This document shows positions 29,399 to 38,825 of a DNA stretch of 64,000 nt, piece after piece. Positions within the stretch are counted from its first letter, which is position 1; each line of letters begins with the position of its first letter. The notes below the pieces were generated by a model. The model ran no database searches, was not told the origin of the DNA, and worked only from the letters and a program-made list of their open reading frames with translations. The position numbers and the translations under genes were made by a program. The stretch is taken from NCBI GenBank assembly GCA_963748015.1, contig CAVVHE010000004.1, positions 1,024,001 through 1,088,000 of the forward strand. The letters run 5' to 3'. Source of the stretch: Terriglobia bacterium (lineage in GTDB: Bacteria; Acidobacteriota; Polarisedimenticolia; Polarisedimenticolales; JAIQFR01).

Positions 29399-32300
29399 TC
29401 AGGGCGTGCTCGGAGCCACGGTGGGAGTCCTCGAAGGCTGCGACCGCCTCAGCTCGTCGCGCCGCACCCGCGCCGCGTCGGCCTCGCCCTTCTCCCCCGC
29501 GGCGTCCGCGGCCCGCGCCAGGACGTCGAAGAGCTCCGCCGAGCCGGAGTAGTACAGCTGCGCCTCGCGCGCCCTCGAGAGCGCCTCGGGCGCCCGTCCC
29601 AACGCCAGGAGCGCCTCGGCACGGGCGAGGACCGTGCCTTCCGACTGCTCGCCGAGCCGGATCGCCTCTTCGATCTCGACCAGAGCCTCCGCCGGCCGTC
29701 CGGTGGCGAGGAGGCGATGGCCCAGGAGCGCGTGCGGCCCCGCCAGGATCGGCTCGAGCTCGATCGCCTTCCGGTAGAGACGCTCCGCCTCGTCCCGCTT
29801 TCCCTGCGTGTCTCGGAGGATCCCGAGGCGGTGGAGCGCCGCCGCGCTCTCCGGGTACAGCTCGACCGCCCGGGAGAGCACCTGTTCCGCCTCGTCGGCC
29901 TTCCCGAGGAAGAGGTCCACGTAGCCGAGGTTCACCAGGGCGTCGAGGTTGTCCGGCTCCTCGCGCGCGGCGAGGGCGTACCGCTCGCGCGCGCCCGCCA
30001 GGTCGTTCTTGTGCTGGAGCGCCAGTCCATCCTTGAGGGCCCAGTCCGCGACGAGGTAGCGGGCATAGCGTTGCCCGGACTCGGCCGACGGGACGACGAC
30101 GCTCATCGCATCCTCGCCTCGCCCCTGCGACCTCAGGATCTGGGCGTCCAGGACCGCCCTGTAGGCCCCCGACAGGGCCAGGAACGACGAGCGATACTCG
30201 CCGTCGAGGCCGAGGCGGGAAGCCCTCTCCTCGGCCGTCGGGCAGAGCCGCATCAGCTCGAGGAGGTTCGGCCCGACGGTGTCCGCGAAGAGCCCTCTCG
30301 GAGCGAAGAACTCGACGCGCGGCCGATCGTCGGTGCTGCGCGGCGCGTCCCTGGGCGAGCCGGCGCAGCTCGGCCTCGTCGGCCTGGTAGAACGAGAGCG
30401 CCTCGACCGGGCCTCGGACCCCGATCCCGCGCCAGGCTCGACCTTGACCTCGGGACGCTCGAAGCGCCGCGTCAACTCGGCGAGGTCCACCGGCGGGAAC
30501 GGCTCCTCCCGGCCGAGCAAGACGAGCGTCAGGCCGGTCGAGAAGGCCCTGACGTGCGGGAACACGTCGGTGAACGACCCGACGATCGTCTTCAGACGTC
30601 CTCGGGGAGGTGCCGCCAGACGGGGACGAACTGGCACATCACCCCGCCCGGGGCGAGCCGCGACCGGTACAGCTCGAAGTAGTCGCGCGAGAAGAGCGCT
30701 CCGGAGCCGCTGAGCGACGGGAAGTTCGGGTGCGCCGAGATCACGTCGAAGCGCTCGCGGGTCAGCTTGAGGAAGTTCCGCCCGTCGTCGAGCTTCACCT
30801 CGAGCTTCGGATTCTCGAGCAGGCGATGGTTCACGTCGGAGAAGAACCGGCTCGCCTCGAAGACTCCCTTCTCGAGCTCGATGCCGTCAGCTTGTCGATG
30901 CTCGTGGAGCGCGATCGCCCCCGCGGTCACGCCCGCCCCGAGCCCGACGACGCACGCCTTCCGCACCGGCCCGGGATGCATCAGCATCGGAAGGTGCCCG
31001 AGCATCCTCTGCTCGAACATGTCCTCGAAGTGGTCGGAGGCGGTGGTGCTCCCGTTGACCGTGATGAATTTCCCCTTCGGACTTCGGAACGAGATGATCG
31101 TGTCGTTGAACCCCTCGGTGAAGGTCATCAGGCGGTAGTCCGCGGCGACGCGCTCCAGGATCACCTCGCCGTCGTCGTCCAGAGTAGGTGCGCGGCTCGA
31201 AGTACGCCCCCGCCCCGAGGATCGTCCGGTTCCACCGGGGCGAGAACAGGAGCACGCCCGCGAGGACCACGACGCCCAGGCCGGCCGGCATCGCCCATCG
31301 CGCCTCACGGGCCCGGGCTCGGCGAGGAGGCTTCCGAACGCGAGGCGCGAGGGCCACCGCCGCCACGAGCTTGAGCGTCCACTCGCTGCCGATCGTGGGG
31401 AGCAGCACGAACCCCGCGCCGAAAGAGCCGAGGATCGAGCCCACCGTGTTCCACGCGTAGACCCGGCCGATCATCGAGCCCGTGCCGCCGCCCCCCGCCG
31501 CGGCGAGCCTCACGACGACCGGGAACGTCGCGCCGAACGCCATCCCGGCCGGTACCAGCGTCAGGAACGACAGCAGCAGCTTGGTCTCGTTCATCCCCGC
31601 GAACGTGATCCCGATCGCCGAGATCACCTTCAGGAACAGCCCCGGCATGGCGTTGACGCCGAGGCCTCCGAGCACGACGAAGAGCGCCACCGCCCCCTGC
31701 ACCAGCGCCAGCAGGCGCACCGGCGGCTCGAACCGGTCCGCGAGACGCCCGATGACGATCGATCCCACGGCGATTCCCAGCAGGAACATCGAGAGCATCG
31801 CGCTGAACGAGTAGACCGTGCTCCCGAACACGAGCACGAGCACGCGGAACCAGACGACCTCGAACGCGAGAGCCGCGAGCCCGCTCCCGAACGCCACCCA
31901 GAGCGGCCACGAGGCGGGCTCGGTCAGCGGCCGGGCCGGGAGCCGCCGGACGGCTCCGCGCGCCGCTCCCGCGGCGCGCCGCCGCTTCCGGCGCGTTCCG
32001 GTCGAGGAGCCAGGCCGTGCAGGCGACGGCGGCGTTGAAGCACGCGGCGAGCAGCGTCGTGCGGACCAGGCCGAGATAGCGGGAGCAGCCACCACCCCGC
32101 CACGAAACACCCGACCGCCGCCCCGAGCGTGTTGACGAAGTACAGGAGCCCGACGCCGAGCCCCACCCGGTCCTTCCTCCGCAACAGTCCCTGGCCGAGG
32201 GCGGGAAGCGTCGCGCCCATGAGCACGGTGGGCACGAGGAGGAGCGCGATGCAGAGGACGAAGCGGATCGACCGACCGCAGCAGGAAGGAGTCGGGAAGG

Positions 32301-32659
32301 AGGGGAAACGCCCAGCCGTAGAGGGCGTCCACGACGCGAAGGAGCAGCGGGAGCAGCAGCGCGTACGCGCCGACGCCGGCCTCGAGGAGCGCGAACATCC
32401 GGAGCGGCCGCTTCGCTCGCTCGGCCCTCTTCCCGAGGAGCGCCGCGCCGAGCGCCATCCCCCCCATGAACGACACCAGCACGGTGCTCACCGCGAAGGC
32501 GGTGACGCCGAAGACCTCCGCCAGCATCCGGCTCCAGACGACCTCGTAGGACAGGCCGCAGGCGCCGCTGACGACGAACAGCCCCGCGAACGGGAGGGCC
32601 AGCCTCGGAAGGCCGTCGAGGAGCGCCGGCGGCGCCTGGCCGCGAGGGGTGCCGGTCAC
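29399..32659 (-). CDS. Fused membrane/spermidine-synthase-like protein with C-terminal TPRs (copy 2); several frameshifts
   Basis: Pieces in different frames: SGACGLSYEVVW, MGATLP, AFEVVWFR, YAWNTVG, GLGAGVT, DDGRNFL, FDVI, TDDRPRVEF, TPRs. Confidence 0.78.
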
Positions 32660-34610
32660 GGCTTCACCGGCTTGATCTTCGCGAGCTCCTGCGCGAAGCC
32701 GGGAAGGGCGCGAAGCGGCGCGAGCAGCGGCTCGCTCTCGAGCACCTCGCGGTCGTCGTACCCCTTCGCGATCGCCTCGGCGAGGGCCGCCTTCGCGCCC
32801 GGCGGCGTCGCCGAGCGCCGCGCGGCAGAGCGCGCGAACGAGGAGGAACGACGCGACCTCTTCCGGCTTCGCCGTCTTGAGCCCCGCCTCGATCTCGCGC
32901 CGCGGCTTCGGCGGTCTTCCCGCCGCGACGAGCGCGAGCGACGAGGCGATAGGTCAGGGCGGACTCTCCCGGCGTGGTGGGCGAGCCCGGCGCGGAAACG
33001 CCTCGACGGCCCGGGCCGGGTCGCCCTTCTTGATCCACAACTCTCCCGCGAGGAGGCTGCCCATGCAGGTTCTCGGGATACCGTGTCTCGATCTCCGTCG
33101 CGAGACGCTCGCGCCGCGTCGAAATCGCCGAGCTGGACCGCCGCCTGCGCGGCGCTCTCGAGCACGTAGCGATTCCCGGGGTCCGCCTTGAGGATGCCCT
33201 TCCAGACCTCAAGGGCGCGCGGCGTAGCTCCTTCGCGCTCCATGAGGTCCCGGCCCTTGAGGATCTCCCCCTCGAGATAGACGAGGTCCTTGGGACTCCT
33301 TCCGCCGCGGCGCTCGGGCGCCACCGTGCCCCCGACGTAGCCGAGGCTCGCGAGCCGCTCGAGCGCCTCGGGTCGAGGGGCGCGGCGGTCGCCTCCGCCG
33401 TGGTCCCCTTCTTTTCCCACGCGGCGAGCCGCGAGCACAGCGCCGCGTCGAGGTCGCCGCGCCTTCTCCTTCTCCAGCGAGATCGCGTTGCTCTTCTCCT
33501 GCGGGTCGGCGTCGAGGTCGAAGAGCTCCGACTCGCTCGACCGGATGTACTTCCACTGGGCCGCGCCGCAACCCCTCGAGGGGGCTCCAGCCGTAGAGCA
33601 GCGAGCCGGCGAGGCTCTCGAAGTAGAGATCCCGCCGCGGGAGCGCCTTCCCGAGCGCGGCGGGCTTCAGGCTGATCCCGTCGAGGCCGCCCGTCAAGGG
33701 AAGGCCGGCGTAGTCGAGGAGCGTGGACGCGACGTCCACGAGGGTCACCGGCTCGGAGACCACGCGCCCTTGGCCTGCCCGGGGGCCTTGAGGAGGAGCG
33801 GCACGTGCAGCGTGCTCTCGTAGACGAGGTTGCAGTGCATCTTCTCGCCGTGGTCGTAGAGCCCCTCGCCGTGGTCCCCCGCGACCAGCACCAGCGTCGA
33901 ATCCCAGATGCCGAGTTTCTTCAGCTCCGCGAGGACGTTGCCGACCTCGGCGTCCACGTAGGCGATCTCGCCGTCGTACGGGACGCTCCCGGAATTTGGC
34001 GGAGTACGGGAAGGGCGGGGCGTACGGAAAGTGGGGATCGAAGTAGTGCAGCCAGAGGAAGAACGGTTTCCCGGAATGCCCGCGCAGCCACTCGAGCCCG
34101 AGGCGCGTCACGTCCGCCGCCTTCCGTTCCGCGTTCATCGGGAGCTTCTTCGCCCCCGGCTCCGAGAACAGGTCCAGGTAGACGTGCGAAACCCTGGCCG
34201 AGCCCGGTGCTTCGGCGGCCACGGGATAGGCCGCGGGGACGGCCGCGGTCGCCCAGCCGGCGTCGGCGAGGCGCCTCGCGACCGTCGCCTTCCCGTCGGG
34301 CAGGCGGAACATGCCGTTGTAGCGGACGCCGTGGACCGGCGGGTATTCCCCGGTGAACATCGAGGAATGGGACGACGAGCGTCACGGGGACGGTCGCGAT
34401 CGCCTCCGTGAAGCGGACGGACTCCCGGGCGAGAGCGTCGAGGTGAGGAGTCGCCGCCCCGCCGTAACCGTAGCAGCCGAGGCGATCCGCCCGCGTGGTG
34501 TCGAGGGTGATCAGCACGATCCCCGACGCGTTCCTCGACGACGAGCAGGAGAGAGCGGCGAGGAGCGCGCCCGCGAGCACGAGAATCTTCGAGGCGCGGG
34601 ACGCGCTCAC
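32656..34610 (-). CDS. Sulfatase/alkaline-phosphatase-superfamily lipoprotein with TPRs; frameshifted
   Basis: Lipobox ALSC, LITLDTTRADRLGCYG, PVTL-SHSSMFTG, WLHYFDPHFPY, AGDHGEGL, ERLASLGYV, spread across frames. Confidence 0.8.
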
Positions 34611-36390
34611 CGGCCGTGGCTCCTGAGCACGTCCGCGTATCCCGGATCGCTCCGGATCGACGCCAGGTCGGGGTCCTTCTCGATGTTGTCCCAGTCGCGG
34701 TAGCCGGCGTCCACCGCCTCGCGGAGCCGCGCGAGGGCTCCCGGCTTGTCCCCCTGGAGCGCGCGGACGCACGCGAGGTCGTAGAAGAGCTCCGGCTCCA
34801 CCGGCCCGATCTCCATCGCGGCGCCGAGCAGCAGCTCCGCCTTCGCGTACTGCTTGGCCATGAACGCGGTGTGGGCCACCCAGTGCAGGCTCTCCTGGCG
34901 CTCGGGGAAGTCGCTCGAGGAGGTTCAGCAACGGCTGCTGGACCACCTGGTCCCGCCCTGCCCCGACCCCGAACAGGACCCGCTGCAGCAGCACGGCGAA
35001 ATTGTCCGGATGGGCCGAGAAAAGCTCCCTCGAGAGATTGGCGGTCCGGAGGCCCTTGTGCTCCGCGAAGTAGAGTCGCAGCTCCGCGAGGCGCGCGAGC
35101 AGCTCGTTGGCCTTCGACGCGTCGAGGCTCGGCGAATCGAGGCTCGCCGGGCCCAGCACGACGCCGGCCTCCTTGAGCTTGCGCCGCGTCTCCGCCGAGA
35201 GCTTGCGCTCGCGCGGCGCCGCGGGACGAGCGTTCGCGGCCTTCGCCTCGGCGCTTGCGGAGGGATCGTCCTTCGATTTCTTCAGGGTTTCCCAGTCGGC
35301 GATCACGAAGCCCCGGGGACCTTCCACGGCCGTCAGCGGCGGCCAGGCGAGCTGGTCGTCCGTCGCCCAGGTCCAGGCGTATCGAGTCCTCGGCGACGGC
35401 TCGCCCGGCCTCCTCAGGTCGCGGCCGTCGGCGCCGGCGGCGCCGCCGCCGCCGATCAGGGCGCGGATCGTCTCGGCGACGTCGGGGAGCCACACCTTGC
35501 GGGCATCCCGCGCTCCGCGGGAGCGAAGCTCCGCTGCTCCCGGCCCCGCCCAGATCAGCGGGACGCGCAGCGTCTCCTTGCGGAGCCAGAACGAATCCCC
35601 TCTCGCCCCGTCCTCCCCGAGCATCGTCCCGTGCGTGCCCACGACGAAGACGTCGGTGCTCGCCTTGCGGCCCGATCGCTCGATCGCCGCGACGATCGAG
35701 GCGATCGCCGCGTCCACCTTGCCGACTCCTTCCCGGTAGGCCTTCGAGGCCTCCTCGACGGTGCCGGTCACCGGAAGCCTGCGAAGCTCGGCGAGATCCA
35801 CCCACCGAAGAAGCTCTTGTCGGCTCCCGACCGAGGAGAGCCACTTGTCGAAGTTGCCAGCCGACCTCCGAAGACGGCCGCGCCGGGAGGATACATCTGC
35901 CCTCCGCCCACGACCCCTTTCGAGGGACCGTCGAACAGGGCGAAACCCCGATCGAGCCCGCTCCCGAACGACACGAACGGCGAGGTCACGAAGGCCGCGG
36001 TCTCCCACCCCTCCCGCTCGCGGCCTCGGCGAGCGTGCGGCGCCTCCGGGCTTCAGCCGATCGGCCACGTTGTCCCGTACGCCCGAGCGGTCGGGGGCGA
36101 GGCCGGTCAGGAGCGCCGCTCGACGCCGGCCGCGCCATCGGGCACGGTGTCGTCGCGTCGTCGAAGACGACGCCGGAGCCGGCAAGGGCGTCGATGCGCA
36201 GGCGTGCTGACCGCGCCGCCGTAGGTCGAGAGCAGATCCGGGCGGAACTCCTCGACCGCGATCAGCACGACGCCGCGCGGGCCTCCGTGCGCCGCGGGCG
36301 CCGCCGACTTCGAAGAGTCCTCGAGGGGGAGCCGCACGACGCCGGCGAGCCACGCCAAACCCAGGACATGGTGACGAGCGATTTTCTCAT
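34607..36390 (-). CDS. Sulfatase-like protein, divergent paralog, with C-terminal TPR; frameshifted
   Basis: VVLIAVEEFRPDLL, LLTGLAPDRSGVRDN, GLDRGFALFD, VGTHGTMLGEDG, LRVPLI, YDLACVRAL...DPDLASIR. Confidence 0.68.
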
Positions 36391-36434
36391 GATGGGATCT
36401 TATGCGACGGAGAGACCGGCGACAACGTCCGCTC

Positions 36435-36472
36435 AAAAGAGAAGGCCACGGGGCTTCCCCCGTGGCCTTCTC
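36435..36472 (-). terminator. Intrinsic terminator
   Basis: 15-bp perfect stem GAGAAGGCCACGGGG/CCCCGTGGCCTTCTC, followed by TTTT on the minus strand, just downstream of the 36500-37374 gene. Confidence 0.8.
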
Positions 36473-36499
36473 GAGTGGTGCTGTTCGACGAAGCCGAGA

Positions 36500-37374
36500 C
36501 TACTTCTTGGGCTTCTTGTCGATGTTCTTGAACTTCGGATTCGCCAGCGTCGAGTTGCAGCGGACCTGCGTCGTGCCGCCGACGTAGTCGCCCAGCTGCA
36601 GGCCGCTGTCGAAGCTGACCTGCCACGCCAGGAAGAGGTCCTGGTCGGCGGGGGCGGTGGCGCAGTCGAACGTGAAGGCACGCCAGCGAGCCGCCCGTGG
36701 CGGGAACCGTCTGGCCGGTGAACGTCCAGCCGGCAGCCGCGACGGACGGACGGGTCGTGCCGAAGGCGCGCATCAGGCGGAGGCCGCTGAGGGTCGCCGT
36801 CGGGGCGGCTGTCGGAATCGCTGAACAGCCGTTCACGATCGGGGGCGCCGTGACGCTCATGGTGAGAACCGTCCCGGCCTTCCCGGTCACCGCGACCTGG
36901 CGGATTCGGGATCTCGATCGCGTTGACGTTCGCGCGACCGACGAGCAGCGACAGATCGAAGGTCACCGCGGGACCGAACTGCTCGACGCTCCGCCACGCG
37001 ACAAAGGCCGAGCCCGTGGCGGTCTGGGCCTGCACGAGAGCGATAATCGCATTCGGCGGGGCAGAGGAAGACGTCGCCGATTCCCGAGGAACCCATTCAT
37101 GTAGTACCGGTTCGGGCGCCGTCGGTGAACCATACCGGGTCGGTCCAGTTGGAGACCCCGTAGCGCTCCCTCGTTGCCGAGGGCCCGGTTGCCGGCCTGC
37201 CAGAAGCGGCCGACGAGCGGCGCCGGGGACCCAGTCCGCCGGGAAGAACGTGTAGGTGAAAGTGCCGTCGCTCCCGAGCTGCCCGAACTGCTTCTCCGGG
37301 AGGCACGAGGCGCTAGCAGGCATCGCGGCGAGGACCGCGACCGCCAGAACCGCAAGAACGAGAATCTTCTTCAT
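36500..37374 (-). CDS. Secreted Cys-containing hypothetical protein; several frameshifts
   Basis: Signal peptide MKKILVLAVLAVAVLAAMPASA and GGAGG RBS. The last frame reads ...FTFDCATAPADQDLFLAWQVSFDSGLQLGDYVGGTTQVRCNSTLANPKFKNIDKKPKK*. Confidence 0.7.
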
Positions 37375-37396
37375 GATTTCTTAACCTCCCCCTGGC

Positions 37397-38063
37397 TCAG
37401 TAGTGAGACGGAGTGTAATTGACCGTCGTGTTCATCTTGACGAAATAGGCTTCGCCGGGAGTCAGCGGGTAGTCCGCGCCCGACCCCTTGCGGCCCGTGT
37501 AGGTCTGGAGGCCGTCGCTCGACTTCAGGAACTTCTGGACGCTCGCGACGTTGGCGAGGCCGATGTCGTCCATCAGCCCCTTCGCGGTGGCGGCGGTCTG
37601 GTGGTAGTTGTACGCGAAGAAGTTCGTGCCGGACTTCGACGTGCCGGCCAGCGTCGCGTTGCAGCGTGTAGGCCAGCGTCGGGTTGTCCGAGCCCACCAC
37701 GATGTAGTTGGTCGTGGTGTTCATCTTGACGAACAGCCCCTCGCCGGCCACCATCCCGTAGTCGGCGCCGGACCCCTTGCGGCCCGTGTAGGTCTGGAGG
37801 CCGTCGCTCGACTTCAGGAACTTCTGAACGCTCGCGATGTTGGCGAGACCGACGTCGTCCATCAGGTTCTTCGCGGTGTTCAGACCGGTCTGCCGGTTGT
37901 CCGGCAGCGCCAGCGTGGCCGTGCCGCTCTTCGAGACGCCGGCGGTCGTCTGGGTCAGGGGGTAATTCAGCTTGAATCCCATGTTGGAGGCAAGGAGGCC
38001 ACCCGCCATGACCACCACGGCAAGGGCGACTACCATCACCCCGACGAACGTTCTCTTGCTCAT
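37397..38063 (-). CDS. Secreted protein of about 221 aa with two tandem ~96-aa repeats; one +1 frameshift near 37660
   Basis: MSKRTFVGVMVVALAVVVMAGGLLA-SNMGFKLN..., with ASVQKFLKSSDGLQTYTGRKGSGADY occurring twice. Ends NYTPSHY*. Confidence 0.8.
37482..37826. repeat. Intragenic 56-nt exact direct repeat
   Basis: 37482-37537 is identical to 37771-37826. The offset is 289 nt (96 codons + 1). Confidence 0.9.
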
Positions 38064-38166
38064 TCCTTCTCCTCCGAGGTCATTGCCACACCCGGTTACG
38101 TAGCCCGAGTCTCCCTCCCTGGCTCCGCCCCCGCGCGTGGACTCATTTTCCACGCGATCCCGCCTT

Positions 38167-38194
38167 AATGTACGAGAAAGGGCGGAAACGTCAA
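38167..38194 (-). promoter_or_regulatory. Sigma70-type promoter candidate for the two secreted-protein genes
   Basis: Minus strand reads TTGACG-N16-TACATT, about 100 nt upstream of the ATG at 38063. Confidence 0.55.
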
Positions 38195-38249
38195 GGAGAA
38201 ATCCCCCCCGTTTCCTGGCGCAGCGGGTTTTGCGAAAGTTAGACAAAGG

Positions 38250-38726
38250 TTAGTCGATCCTATAGAAAACGATGTCGGAACCGTCTCTCACCGCGTCGGC
38301 ATACGCGCCGTTCTGGACCTTGACGCCGCGGCCGCAGTCGAACTTGTTCGGGACGTTCGACTTGCAGATGTAGTGGCTCTTCTGCCCGTTGGCGATGTTG
38401 AACACCACCTGGCCGTCCCGCTTCTCCACGAAGAGCCTCAGGGACTTCGACGAAACGTATGTGCCGGCGTGCCCCAGGAGCAGCACGAGGGCCGCGCCCA
38501 GCATGACCGGAAGCGCTCCGGCCAAAGCCAGCCTGCGCGCCGGCACGAACAGGGAGGCTGGCGCCGCCGGATCGTGAGCGGGGTCCAGGGTCTCGTCGAC
38601 GATCCTCGTGCGGGAGTGGCCGCTCAAGGACTCGTCTCCACCCCGGCTACCCTGCCACTCGGCGATGGCCCGGTCGAGGACCGCCCCGCCGCGGTCCCGG
38701 TCGTGATTCCTTCGAGTCCAGAGCAT
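38250..38726 (-). CDS. Single-pass membrane protein, possible anti-sigma factor
   Basis: Soluble N-terminus, one TM (LAGALPVMLGAALVLLLG) and a small extracytoplasmic beta domain with two Cys. GGAGA RBS. Confidence 0.6.
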   Translation of the reverse strand: MLWTRRNHDRDRGGAVLDRAIAEWQGSRGGDESLSGHSRTRIVDETLDPAHDPAAPASLFVPARRLALAGALPVMLGAALVLLLGHAGTYVSSKSLRLFVEKRDGQVVFNIANGQKSHYICKSNVPNKFDCGRGVKVQNGAYADAVRDGSDIVFYRID

Positions 38727-38825
38727 CGGCGTTTCTCCCTTTACACAGGGATCTACCGGCGAGAGGGGCGGCGCGTTCAACGCTGATCGAAGAAAAAGAA
38801 GGTGGCCCGCGACCCGGAGCGGGGT

